A stretch of DNA of 64,000 bases from Pseudonocardia sp. (GTDB lineage Bacteria; Actinomycetota; Actinomycetes; Mycobacteriales; Pseudonocardiaceae), in NCBI RefSeq assembly GCF_025465255.1, contig NZ_JAODNI010000113.1:15-64014 (forward strand), read 5' to 3'. The notes under the pieces are model-generated. The model ran no database searches. It was not told the DNA's origin and worked only from the letters and a program-made list of their open reading frames with translations. Below, piece after piece: positions 37,768 through 47,076 of the stretch (its first letter is position 1; each line of letters starts with the position of its first letter). A program made the position numbers and the translations under genes.

Positions 37768-40700
37768 GTGTCCTCGCTCCCCTCATCTCCAGAACAGTCG
37801 AGGCGGGCGGGCTGGATCCGACGGCTGACCCGCGCCTGCTTCGCCCACCGCGGCGTCACCGTCGGCGCGCTGCTGGCGTCGGTGTTCGGCGTCAGCCTGG
37901 ACGCCCTCGGCCCGCTGCTCACCCGCGTCGCGGTCGACGACGCGGTCCGCGGCGTCACCGACGTGCTGCTCCCGATCGTGCTGGCGATCCTCGGGCTGGC
38001 CGTCGTCCGCTTCGCCGCGTCCTTCGCCCGCCGCTACCTCGCCGGCCGGATGGCGCTGGACGTCCAGCACGACCTCCGCCGCCAGGTGTTCGCCTCCGTG
38101 CAGCGCCTGGACGGGGAGAAGCAGGACGCGCTGCGCACCGGCCAGGTCGTCTCGCGCTCGATCACGGACCTGCAGCTCGTCCAGTCGCTGCTGTCGATGG
38201 TCCCGCTGACGGCGGGCACGATCGCGCTCGTCGTCGCGTCGGTGGCGGCGATGCTCTACCTGTCGCCGCTGCTCACGGTCATCTCGCTGATCATGCTGCC
38301 GCTCGCCGCGTACATCACCCAGCGCACCCGGCGCTCGCTGTTCCCGGCCACCTGGTCGGCGCAGCAGCGGGCCGCGGACGTCGCGCAGCAGGTGGAGGAG
38401 ACGGTCACCGGCGTCCGCGTCGTCAAGGGGTTCGGGCAGGAGTCCCGCGAGGTCGGAACCCTGGAGGGGCTGGCCCGGAAGCTGTTCGCGGAGCGGATGC
38501 GCGCGGCCCGGATGACCGCCCGGCTCAACCCGATGCTGCTGGCGCTGCCGAGCCTCGGGCAGGTCGCGGTGATCGGCTTCGGCGGCTGGATGGCGTTGAA
38601 CGGCTCGATCTCCCTCGGCACGTTCCTGGCCTTCACCACCTACGTCGCGCAGCTCGTCGGGCCGGCCCGGCTGGTCGGCTCGCTCGTCGTCAGCGCGCAG
38701 CTGGCGCGGGCCGGTGTCGAGCGGGTGTACGACCTGGTGGACTCGATGCCCGAGGTGACCGACCCGGAGCGGCCGGCGGCCCTGCCGGACGGGCCGCTGT
38801 CCGTCGAGCTCGACGCGGTGCGGTTCGGCTACACGAGCCGCGAACCGGTGCTCGACGACGTGTCCCTGCGGGTGGAGCCCGGCGAGACGCTCGCGCTGGT
38901 CGGCACCGCGGGCTCGGGCAAGTCGACGGTCGCCCTGTTGCTTCCCCGCTTCTACGACCCGCAGTCGGGCGCGCTCCGGCTCGGCGGCGTGGACCTGCGG
39001 GACCTGCGGTTGCGGGACCTGCGCCAGGAGCTCGGCGTCGTCTTCGAGGAGGCCTTCCTCTTCTCGGACACGATCCGGGCGAACATCGCGTACGGCCGGC
39101 CGGACGCGAGCGACGAGGAGATCCGGTCCGCCGCCGAGGCCGCGCAGATCGGCCTGTTCGTCGAGTCCCTGCCGAAGGGCTACGACACCGAGGTCGGCGA
39201 GCGCGGGCTCACCCTCTCCGGCGGGCAGCGGCAGCGGATCGCGCTGGCCAGGGCGATGCTCACGGACCCCCGCGTCCTCGTGCTGGACGACGCGACGTCC
39301 GCGGTGGACACCACCACCGAGGCCGCCATCCACGCCACCCTGCGCACGCTCATGCAAGGCCGCACCACGTTGCTGGTCGCGCACCGGCGCTCCACGCTCG
39401 CGCTCGCGGACCGGGTGGCCGTGCTGGACGAGGGTCGCGTCGTCGACGTCGGGACGGAGGCGGAGCTGCGGGCCCGCAGCCCGCTGTTCCGGGAGCTCCT
39501 CGCGGCGAGCACCGCCGAGGACGACGCGGGACGCGTCGCGCCCGTGGAGCCGGAGGTGCAGGTCGACGGCGTCACCGCGTCGTTGTGGCCGGACCCGGGG
39601 ACGGTCCGGGTCACCGGCTCGGACACTGCGCTGCGGTCCGCGGCCGCGGACGCGGGGCACGGCGGGGGCGGCGGTCCGGCGGGCCGCGGCGGCGGGGCGA
39701 CGGCCATGGTCGGCGGCATCGCCGCCACCCCGGAACTGCTCGCCGCCGTCGACGCGCTGCCTCCCGCCACCGAGGATCCCCGCCTCGGCGGGGAGGACCC
39801 GGCCGCGCCCGACCCGACGTTCCGGCTGGTCAAGCTGCTGCGGCCGGTCCGCTGGCTGCTCGCGGCCGGGATGGCGTTCGTGGCCCTCGACGCACTGGCC
39901 ACGCTGGCGCTGCCCAGCATCGCCCGGTACGCGGTGGACGGCGGCATCACCGCCGGGTCCGGCCGGGTGCTGGCGATCGCGGCGCTGATCGGCATCGGCG
40001 TGGTCGCGGCGGACGCGTTCGTCGTCGCCGCGCAGACGGTCACCACGTCCCGGGCCGGGGAGAGCCTGCTCTACCTGCTGCGGGTTCGCAGCTACGCCCA
40101 CCTGCAGAGGCTCGGGCTGGACTACTACGAGCGCGAGCTCTCCGGCCGGATCATGACCCGGATGACCACGGACGTGGACGCGCTGTCCACGTTCCTGCAG
40201 ACCGGGCTCGCGCAGGCCGTCGTCAGCCTCCTCACGGTCGGCGGGGTCGCGGTCGCGCTGCTGGTCACGGACCTCGCGCTCGGCCTGGTGGCGCTGGCCG
40301 TGGTCCCGATCCTGGTCGTGGCGACGGTCGTGTTCCGCCGGGTGTCCTCGCGGGCCTACACCGAGGCCCGGGAGAAGGTCAGCGTGGTCAATGCGGACAT
40401 GCAGGAGAACGTCTCCGGCGTGCGCGTCGCCCAGGCCTACGTCCGCGAGGAGCGCAGCGCCGAGGCGTTCTCCGAGCGCAGCGACGCCTACCGCCGCTCC
40501 CGGATGCGCGCGCAGCGCTACATCGCCACGTACTTCCCGGGGGTCGCGTTCATGTCGGACATCGCGCAGGCCGCGGTGCTCGGCGTCGGGGCCGCGCGGG
40601 TCGCCTCGGGCGGGCTCACCCCGGGGATCCTGACGGCGTTCCTGCTCTACCTGGGCCTGTTCTTCACCCCCGTGCAGCAGCTCTCCCAGGTCTTCGACGG

Positions 40701-41589
40701 CTACCAGCAGGCCCGCGTGGGCCTGCGTCGGATCTCGGAACTGCTGCGCACGCCGACGTCGCTCGCCCAGGTCCCGGCCGCGGAGGAGATCGCCGTGCCG
40801 GAGCGGCTGCGCGGGGAGGTCGAGCTGCGGGACGTCGGCTTCACCTACGCCGGCACGGACGAGCGAGCGCTCTCCGACGTCCGGCTGCGCGTCGGGGCTG
40901 GGGAGACGGTCGCGCTGGTCGGGGCCACCGGGGCGGGCAAGTCCACGATGGTGAAGCTGCTCGCCCGGTTCTACGACGTGGGCGAGGGTGCCCTGCTCGT
41001 CGACGGCGTGGACGTGCGGCGCTACCCGCTGCAGCGTTACCGGCAACGGCTCGGGTTCGTGCCGCAGGAGCCGCACCTGTTCACCGGGGATGTCGCGGCG
41101 AACATCGCCTACGGCCAGCCGGACGCGAGCCCCGCGGAGATCGAGTCGGCGGCCCGGGCCGTCGGCGCGCTGGGCCTGGTGCGGTCGCTCCCGGGCGGCT
41201 TCCGCCATCCCGTCGGGGAGCGCGGCCAGGGGCTCTCGGCGGGGCAGCGCCAGCTCGTCGCGCTGGCCCGGGCCGAGCTCGTGGACCCGGACCTGCTGAT
41301 CTTCGACGAGGCCACCGCGGCGCTCGATCCCGCCACCGAGGCCGCCGTGCTCGAGGCGGGGGACCGGCTGACGTCGAAGCGCACGTCGTTCGTCGTCGCG
41401 CACCGGCTGGCGACGGCCGCGCGCTCGGACCGGATCGTCGTGCTGGACGGCGGACGGATCGTCGAGGAGGGGCCGCACGCCGAGCTCGTCGCGGCCGGAG
41501 GGCGGTATGCCGCGCTCTGGCGGGCCGGTGAACTGGAGCCCGCCGCGGAGGCCGCCGAGGAGGACGTCTCGGCGGCTCGTTCCGCCTGA
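37768..41589 (+). CDS. fused ABC exporter, (TMD-NBD)x2 in one polypeptide
   Basis: GTG 37768 gives 1273 aa holding two complete half-transporters. Half 1 has GTAGSGKST/LSGGQRQR/LVLDDATS and half 2 has GATGAGKST/LSAGQRQL/LIFDEATA. They are joined in frame by a Gly-rich linker (GHGGGGGPAGRGGGA). Confidence 0.85.
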   Translation: MSSLPSSPEQSRRAGWIRRLTRACFAHRGVTVGALLASVFGVSLDALGPLLTRVAVDDAVRGVTDVLLPIVLAILGLAVVRFAASFARRYLAGRMALDVQHDLRRQVFASVQRLDGEKQDALRTGQVVSRSITDLQLVQSLLSMVPLTAGTIALVVASVAAMLYLSPLLTVISLIMLPLAAYITQRTRRSLFPATWSAQQRAADVAQQVEETVTGVRVVKGFGQESREVGTLEGLARKLFAERMRAARMTARLNPMLLALPSLGQVAVIGFGGWMALNGSISLGTFLAFTTYVAQLVGPARLVGSLVVSAQLARAGVERVYDLVDSMPEVTDPERPAALPDGPLSVELDAVRFGYTSREPVLDDVSLRVEPGETLALVGTAGSGKSTVALLLPRFYDPQSGALRLGGVDLRDLRLRDLRQELGVVFEEAFLFSDTIRANIAYGRPDASDEEIRSAAEAAQIGLFVESLPKGYDTEVGERGLTLSGGQRQRIALARAMLTDPRVLVLDDATSAVDTTTEAAIHATLRTLMQGRTTLLVAHRRSTLALADRVAVLDEGRVVDVGTEAELRARSPLFRELLAASTAEDDAGRVAPVEPEVQVDGVTASLWPDPGTVRVTGSDTALRSAAADAGHGGGGGPAGRGGGATAMVGGIAATPELLAAVDALPPATEDPRLGGEDPAAPDPTFRLVKLLRPVRWLLAAGMAFVALDALATLALPSIARYAVDGGITAGSGRVLAIAALIGIGVVAADAFVVAAQTVTTSRAGESLLYLLRVRSYAHLQRLGLDYYERELSGRIMTRMTTDVDALSTFLQTGLAQAVVSLLTVGGVAVALLVTDLALGLVALAVVPILVVATVVFRRVSSRAYTEAREKVSVVNADMQENVSGVRVAQAYVREERSAEAFSERSDAYRRSRMRAQRYIATYFPGVAFMSDIAQAAVLGVGAARVASGGLTPGILTAFLLYLGLFFTPVQQLSQVFDGYQQARVGLRRISELLRTPTSLAQVPAAEEIAVPERLRGEVELRDVGFTYAGTDERALSDVRLRVGAGETVALVGATGAGKSTMVKLLARFYDVGEGALLVDGVDVRRYPLQRYRQRLGFVPQEPHLFTGDVAANIAYGQPDASPAEIESAARAVGALGLVRSLPGGFRHPVGERGQGLSAGQRQLVALARAELVDPDLLIFDEATAALDPATEAAVLEAGDRLTSKRTSFVVAHRLATAARSDRIVVLDGGRIVEEGPHAELVAAGGRYAALWRAGELEPAAEAAEEDVSAARSA

Positions 41590-41735
41590 ATCGGCCGACC
41601 GCGGAGCACGGGCTCCGGCAGGCACGAGTGATCGATCCGTGGCGGAGTGCCGAAGCGGCGTGAGTTTTGGAGTATTCCTGCCTGAAATCGGGCAGATATT
41701 TGCTTCCGTGCTCCTCCTTCGGGCAAGCTCCCGCT

Positions 41736-42005
41736 GTGAGCGTCGTGCAGCACGAGGATCTGGTCGCGCATCTGGTCCAGAGCACATCGCTGAGCTGGGG
41801 CGAGGCGTTACGGGTGGTCGACGAGGTACTCGCGTACTTCGGCGAGCAGACCGAGGCCTTCGTCCGCCGCCGGCACTCCGAGCTGCAGGGGCGCGGGCTC
41901 ACCAACGACCGGATCTTCGCGCGGCTGGGCGCCGAACTGGCCGCCCGGCGGGTCGCTCCACCGGAGCTGTCCGCCCGTCAGCTGCGCCGGATCGTCTACG
42001 GATGA
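41736..42005 (+). CDS. small hypothetical protein immediately upstream of glmS
   Basis: An in-frame GTG at 41736 gives about 89 aa: VSVVQHEDLVAHLVQSTSLSWGEALRVVDEVLAYFGEQTEAFVRRRHSELQGRGLTNDRIFARLG... The composition is coding-like, and the ORF ends 26 nt before glmS. Confidence 0.5.
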   Translation: MSVVQHEDLVAHLVQSTSLSWGEALRVVDEVLAYFGEQTEAFVRRRHSELQGRGLTNDRIFARLGAELAARRVAPPELSARQLRRIVYG

Positions 42006-42031
42006 TCCAGACACGAGAAGGAGACGCCTGA

Positions 42032-43882
42032 GTGTGCGGGATCGTGGGATACGTCGGCGCACAGGACGCCGCACCGATCCTCCTGGAGGGTCTCGGGAGG
42101 CTGGAGTACCGCGGGTACGACTCGGCGGGCATCGCCGTGGTGCACCGCACGGGCAAGGGCCCGGCGACGCTGAAGGTGCGCAAGGCCAGCGGCCGGGTCG
42201 CGGACCTCGCCGCCGATCTGCCCGCCCGGTTCAAGGGCGCGCCCGGCATCGGGCACACCCGCTGGGCCACCCACGGTGAGCCGAGCGTGGCCAACGCGCA
42301 CCCGCACACGGACACGTCCGAGCGGATCGCGGTGGTCCACAACGGGATCATCGAGAACGCGGACGAGCTGCGGGCCAAGCTGACCGCGGACGGTGTCGAG
42401 TTCACCTCGCAGACGGACACCGAGACCGTCGCGCACCTGGTCGCGGCCGCGTACGTGAACGGCGCCGCGGACCTCGAGCAGGCCGTCCGGACCGCGCTGA
42501 AGCAGGTCGTGGGCGCGTACGGGATCGCCGTGCTGGACTCCGAGCACCCGGACCGGATCGTCGTCGCGCGCAACGGGTCCCCGGTGCTGCTCGGCGTCGG
42601 GGAGCGGGAGATGTTCGTGGCGAGCGACGTCTCCGCGCTCGTCGGCTACACCCGTCAGGTCGTCTACCTCGACGACGGCGAGCTGGCCACGATCACCGCC
42701 ACCGGCTACCGCACCTTCACCCTCGACGACCGCTCGACCGCCAAGCAGCCGTCCGAGGTGGACTGGGACGTCGTCGGCGCCGAGATCGGGGACCACGCCC
42801 ACTACCTGGTCAAGGAGATCGCCGAGCAGCCGCGCTCGATCGAGCGGGCGCTGCGCGGCCGCCTCGACGAGCGGTTCTCCACCGCGCACCTCGGCGGGCT
42901 GAACCTCACGATCCGCGAGGCCCGCGAGTTCAAGCGCGTCAAGATCCTCGGCTGTGGCTCGGCCTGCTACGCGGGCGAACTCGGGGCCCAGCTGATCGAG
43001 GACCTGGCCCGAGTGCCCGCGACGTCGGAGTCCGCGTCGGAGTTCCGCTACCGCAACCCGGTCGTCGAGCCGGACACGCTCTACGTCGCGGTCAGCCAGT
43101 CCGGCGAGACCGTGGACACCCTCGCCGCGGTGCAGGAGCTGCAGCGCAAGGGCGGCCGGGTCATCGGGATCATCAACGTGGTCGGCTCGACGATCGCGCG
43201 GCAGGTCGACGGCGGCATCTACATCCACGCCGGCCCCGAGATGTCCGTGGCCGCGACGAAGTCCTTCACCTCGACCCTCATCGCGTTCGCGCTCCTCGCG
43301 CTGCACCTCGGCCGGGTCCGGGACCTCGCGCCCACGGAGGGCCGCCGGATCATCGACGGCCTCAACCAGCTCCCGGCCCAGATCGAGCAGATCCTGGACG
43401 AGGAGAAGCGGACGGGGCTCATCGCCGAGACCGCGGCCGAGATCGCCCAGCGCCCCAGCGTGCTGTTCATCGGGCGCCGGCGAGGCTGGCCGGTGGCCAA
43501 GGAGGGCGCGCAGAAGTTCAAGGAGGTCTCTTACGTGCACGCCGAGGCCTACGCGTCCGCCGAGCTGAAGCACGGCCCGCTCGCGCTGGTCAGCCCCGAG
43601 CTGCCGACCGTCGCCTGCGTCCCGGACGACGATCTCTTCGAGAAGAACGTCTCTACGCTCGCCGAGATCCGGGCGCGCAAGGGCCCGGTCGTCGCGCTCG
43701 CCCACCGGGAGCTCTCGACGGACCTCGCGGACCGCACGATCGTCGTCCCGCGGAACGAGCCGGAGCTGGACCCGATCCTGATGTCGGTCCCGCTGCAGCT
43801 CCTGGCCTACCACGCGGCCGTGGCCCTGGACCGGGACGTCGACCGCCCGAGGAACCTGGCGAAGTCGGTCACCGTCGAGTAA
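42032..43882 (+). CDS. glmS: glutamine--fructose-6-phosphate aminotransferase
   Basis: The 616-aa product starts (M)CGIVGYVG with the N-terminal nucleophile Cys. It has SIS domains and ends ...KSVTVE. Confidence 0.97.
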   Translation: MCGIVGYVGAQDAAPILLEGLGRLEYRGYDSAGIAVVHRTGKGPATLKVRKASGRVADLAADLPARFKGAPGIGHTRWATHGEPSVANAHPHTDTSERIAVVHNGIIENADELRAKLTADGVEFTSQTDTETVAHLVAAAYVNGAADLEQAVRTALKQVVGAYGIAVLDSEHPDRIVVARNGSPVLLGVGEREMFVASDVSALVGYTRQVVYLDDGELATITATGYRTFTLDDRSTAKQPSEVDWDVVGAEIGDHAHYLVKEIAEQPRSIERALRGRLDERFSTAHLGGLNLTIREAREFKRVKILGCGSACYAGELGAQLIEDLARVPATSESASEFRYRNPVVEPDTLYVAVSQSGETVDTLAAVQELQRKGGRVIGIINVVGSTIARQVDGGIYIHAGPEMSVAATKSFTSTLIAFALLALHLGRVRDLAPTEGRRIIDGLNQLPAQIEQILDEEKRTGLIAETAAEIAQRPSVLFIGRRRGWPVAKEGAQKFKEVSYVHAEAYASAELKHGPLALVSPELPTVACVPDDDLFEKNVSTLAEIRARKGPVVALAHRELSTDLADRTIVVPRNEPELDPILMSVPLQLLAYHAAVALDRDVDRPRNLAKSVTVE

Positions 43883-43947
43883 CCGCGCCATGGAGCCACA
43901 ACGCGGAAAATCGGCCCCTTCAGGGGCGTTGTGGCTCCATGACGCGG
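43883..43947. terminator. long stem-loop (22-bp arms, 1 mismatch) after glmS
   Basis: CCGCGCCATGGAGCCACAACGC (43883-43904) pairs with GCGTTGTGGCTCCATGACGCGG (43926-43947). It lies between the convergent glmS and GNAT stops. Confidence 0.65.
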
Positions 43948-43957
43948 TCGTCGGCGG

Positions 43958-44518
43958 TCAGGTGCGCGTTGGGGCTCCTTGGCGGGGGCCGGTCAGCCAC
44001 TCGGTCATGGGGCTGGTCAGCGGCGTCGTCATGGGCACGTGCGGGTGGCCGACGTAGGTCTCCACCGGGCCTGCCGTCCGCCAGCCGAGCCGGTGGAAGA
44101 AGCGCTCGTTGGGCAGCTGGACGTGGGCGAGCATGCGGATCCCGTCCCGGGCCCCCGCCGTCTCCACCGCGAACCGCACGAGCGGGCCGCCGATCCCCGC
44201 GGTCCGGAACTCCGGGAGCACCGCGAGCCGGTCGCCGAGCCATTCCCCGGACACCCCCGTCGGGTAGAGGCGGACGGTGCCGGCGGGGCGGCCGTCGTGC
44301 GTCGCGAGGACGTGGACGACGTCGTCCCGGGCGTCGTGCGCGTCGACGTCCGAGCCGTCGAACACGGCCTGCTCCTCGACGAACACCGCGCGGCGGATGC
44401 GGTGGTGCCAGGCCCGGGCGTCGGGGTCCGCGGCGGGCCGGCAGGCGACCGGATCCACCCCGACCACCACGTTCGACGCCCGGACGGGCCGGATCCGCTC
44501 CGCCGGTGCGGCGGTCAC
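43958..44518 (-). CDS. GNAT acetyltransferase, MSMEG_0567/Sll0786-like (Nit1C-cluster type)
   Basis: GTG 44518 gives 186 aa, including AVFVEEQAVFDGSDVDAHD...GTVRLYP...WLGDRLAVLPEFR..GIGGPLVRFAV. It lies directly downstream of the radical SAM gene. The family call is from memory of TIGRFAM descriptions. Confidence 0.6.
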   Translation of the reverse strand: MTAAPAERIRPVRASNVVVGVDPVACRPAADPDARAWHHRIRRAVFVEEQAVFDGSDVDAHDARDDVVHVLATHDGRPAGTVRLYPTGVSGEWLGDRLAVLPEFRTAGIGGPLVRFAVETAGARDGIRMLAHVQLPNERFFHRLGWRTAGPVETYVGHPHVPMTTPLTSPMTEWLTGPRQGAPTRT

Positions 44519-44609
44519 CGAGCCCCTCCTGACCTGCACGAACGGCACTTTCGTGCGCCAGGTCGGCACGAGAGTGCCGTTCGTGCGGTGCGGAGTGTGC
44601 GGGGCGCGG

Positions 44610-45797
44610 TCATGCGCTCGGGCGCTTTCCGATCTGCAGGAGCGGGGCGGCGCCGGGCGCGCCGGTGCCGCAGGGCGTGCCGCGGCGCTGATCTCCCTGG
44701 CTGGACTGCTGCACGAGGTTGAGCGACGAGCACGCCTGGCACCGCGCGCAGCCCGCGACCGCGGTGTCCGCGCCCAGCCCGCGCGCGGCGAGGAACCCGG
44801 CGACCTTGCGGTAGATCGGCTCCGTGTACTCCCGCGACGGCGCCGGCACGTCCTCCATCAGCGACCCCGCGACGGGCCGCAGCGGGACGACGAACGGGTA
44901 CACGCCGATGTCGACGGCGCGCCGGCACATCTCCACGGTCAGATCCGGGTCCTCGCCCATCCCGAGGATCACGTATGTCGAGACGCGGCCCTCGCCGAAG
45001 AGCTGCACCGCCCGCTCCCACGTGCGGAAGTAGGCGTCGATCCCGGTCCGGAACTTGCCCGGCGCGACCCGCGCGAGCACCGCCGGGTCGAAGGACTCGA
45101 CGTGCACGCCGACGGAGTCGACGCCCATGTCGTGCACCTGGTCGAGCACCGAGAGGTCCCGCGGCGGCTCGAACTGCACCTCGACGGGTAGCCCCGCGGC
45201 CTCCTTCACGGCCTGCCCGCAGCGCGCGACGTACAACGCGCCGCGGTCCGGGGCCACCGACGAACCGGTGGTCAGCGTGGCGTCGACGGCGCCGTCGAGG
45301 TCCCGGGCGGCGACGGCCACCTCGGCGAGCATCTCGGGCGTCTTCTTCGCGATCGTGTTCCCGGCGGCCAGCGAGACGCCGATGCCGCAGAAGCCGCACT
45401 GGTCCGAGTTGCCCCAGTAGTTGCAGGCCTGCACGACCGTCGACGCCAGCGAGTCCAGGTGCAGCAGCGCGATCTGGTGGTACGGGACGCCGTCGGCGGT
45501 CTCGAGGTCGTAGAACCGGGGCCGTCGCGTCCCCGCCACCGAGGCGACCTTCACGCCGTCCCGGAAGATCCCCTGGCCGTCGTCCTCGGCGCGCAGGGAG
45601 TACGGCGAGGTCTCGCTCGGTGGGACCGTGACGGGCACGCCCTCGATCCAGAGCATCCCCGAGTCCGAGGGACCCGCGCCGCCCGTGCGGGAGGTCTCCA
45701 GGGTGGTCTCGATCCGCAGGCCGACGCTCTGCAGATCCATGATCAGCTCGGCCACGTGGGCCGAGGTGCCGGCAGGAGTCCGGTCGAGCACGGTCAT
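44610..45797 (-). CDS. radical SAM protein, MSMEG_0568-like
   Basis: ATG 45797 (MTVLDRTP) is preceded by GAGGGGA; an alternative GTG lies at 45815. The Cys cluster is CNYWGNSDQCGFC at 45387-45425, with a C-terminal CARCQAC. The body is TIM-barrel-like. Confidence 0.7.
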   Translation of the reverse strand: MTVLDRTPAGTSAHVAELIMDLQSVGLRIETTLETSRTGGAGPSDSGMLWIEGVPVTVPPSETSPYSLRAEDDGQGIFRDGVKVASVAGTRRPRFYDLETADGVPYHQIALLHLDSLASTVVQACNYWGNSDQCGFCGIGVSLAAGNTIAKKTPEMLAEVAVAARDLDGAVDATLTTGSSVAPDRGALYVARCGQAVKEAAGLPVEVQFEPPRDLSVLDQVHDMGVDSVGVHVESFDPAVLARVAPGKFRTGIDAYFRTWERAVQLFGEGRVSTYVILGMGEDPDLTVEMCRRAVDIGVYPFVVPLRPVAGSLMEDVPAPSREYTEPIYRKVAGFLAARGLGADTAVAGCARCQACSSLNLVQQSSQGDQRRGTPCGTGAPGAAPLLQIGKRPSA

Positions 45798-45838
45798 CCG
45801 ATGATCCCCTCGCACGTACTCGGATAGGAGGCGTCCGT

Positions 45839-45850
45839 CTCCTATAGGAG
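45839..45850. promoter_or_regulatory. perfect 12-bp palindrome CTCCTATAGGAG in the divergent rSAM/GT promoter region
   Basis: Read directly from the sequence. An extra ATAGGAG half-site lies at 45824-45830 and CCGATAG at 45855-45861. This is an AT-rich island within a 72-90 bp divergent intergenic region. Confidence 0.45.
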
Positions 45851-45887
45851 ATGTCCGATAGTCAACTATGGTGGACGAGGATGCAAC

Positions 45888-47075
45888 ATGGTGAACGGAG
45901 CGGATGTGTCACAACCCGGCCCGCGAGTGGCCCTGATCAGCCATTCGACGACGCCCCGCGGCGGCCACGTGCATACGATCGGGCTGGCCGAGGCCCTGCA
46001 CCGGGCCGGTGACCGCGTCTACCTCGTCGCACTGGGGGACCCCGCGAAGGGCCTCTACCGCTCCGTCGACGTGCCGCACACGGTCGTCCGCGGGCCCGCG
46101 CGGGCGGGCACGACGCTCACCGAACGGACCCTCGCCGGGATCGAGCTGCTCGCCGCCGGCCTCGCCGAGCGGATCGGGGAGTTCGACGTCCTGCACGCCC
46201 AGGACTGCATCGCCGCGCGCGCCGCGCTGGCTGCCCGCGCCCGCACCGGCGCGCCGGTCCCGGTACTGCGCACCGCCCACCACGTGGACGACTTCACCAC
46301 CCCGGTCCTGGTCGACTGCCAGCGCCGCGCCGTCACCGAGCCGGACCGTGTCCTGGTGGTGAGCGAACAGTGGCGGCGGATCCTCGCCACGGACTTCGGG
46401 GTGTCGACGACGATCGTGCCCAACGGCGTGGACACCGGCCGCTTCCCACCGGCCACCCCGGAGGCGACGCACGCGCTACGGGAGCGCGTCGGCGCGCGGG
46501 AGCGGTTCCTGCTGCTCGCGGTGGGCGGGATCGAGCCCCGCAAGGGGACGGTCCACGCGTTCCGGGCGCTCGCGCGGCTCCGCTCCGAGGGCCTCGACCC
46601 GGTGCTCGCGATCGTCGGCGGGCACTCGTTCCAGGACTTCGCGCCGTACCGGGACGCCGCGCTCGTCGAGCTCCCGGGCCTGGGGCTCCAGCTCGGCCGG
46701 GACGTCGTCGAGCTCGGCACGGTCTCCGACGCCGAGCTGGGCTGCTGGTACGAGGCCGCGGACGCACTCTGCTACCCGTCGACGGCGGAGGGCTTCGGCC
46801 TGGTCGCGATCGAGGCGATGGGGCTCGGGCTGCCGGTCGTCGCCAGCGACCTGCCCGTGTTCCGCGAGCACCTCATCGACGACGTCGACGCGCTGCTCCC
46901 GGCCGTCGGGGACGACCACGCGCTCGCCGCGGCGCTCCGCCGGATCGTCACCGACGCGGAGCTCCGCGCGCGGCTGGCGACGTCCGGACGCCTGAGCGCG
47001 GGCCGCTTCACCTGGGAGAACTCGGCGGACGTCCACCGCGGCATCTACCGGGAGCTCGTCCCGGCACCGGCCTGA
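45888..47075 (+). CDS. GT4-family glycosyltransferase, MSMEG_0565-like
   Basis: The 395-aa product has VALISHSTTPRGGHVHTIGLAEAL at the N-terminus and a C-terminal GT-B E-x7-E region (YPSTAEGFGLVAIEAMGLGLPVV). Confidence 0.75.
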   Translation: MVNGADVSQPGPRVALISHSTTPRGGHVHTIGLAEALHRAGDRVYLVALGDPAKGLYRSVDVPHTVVRGPARAGTTLTERTLAGIELLAAGLAERIGEFDVLHAQDCIAARAALAARARTGAPVPVLRTAHHVDDFTTPVLVDCQRRAVTEPDRVLVVSEQWRRILATDFGVSTTIVPNGVDTGRFPPATPEATHALRERVGARERFLLLAVGGIEPRKGTVHAFRALARLRSEGLDPVLAIVGGHSFQDFAPYRDAALVELPGLGLQLGRDVVELGTVSDAELGCWYEAADALCYPSTAEGFGLVAIEAMGLGLPVVASDLPVFREHLIDDVDALLPAVGDDHALAAALRRIVTDAELRARLATSGRLSAGRFTWENSADVHRGIYRELVPAPA

Positions 47076-47076
47076 C

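Noticed and set aside
42006-42031. glmS ribozyme upstream of glmS.
   Set aside because: Only 26 nt separate glmS from the preceding ORF, which is too short for the roughly 170-nt ribozyme. The upstream sequence is coding-like.
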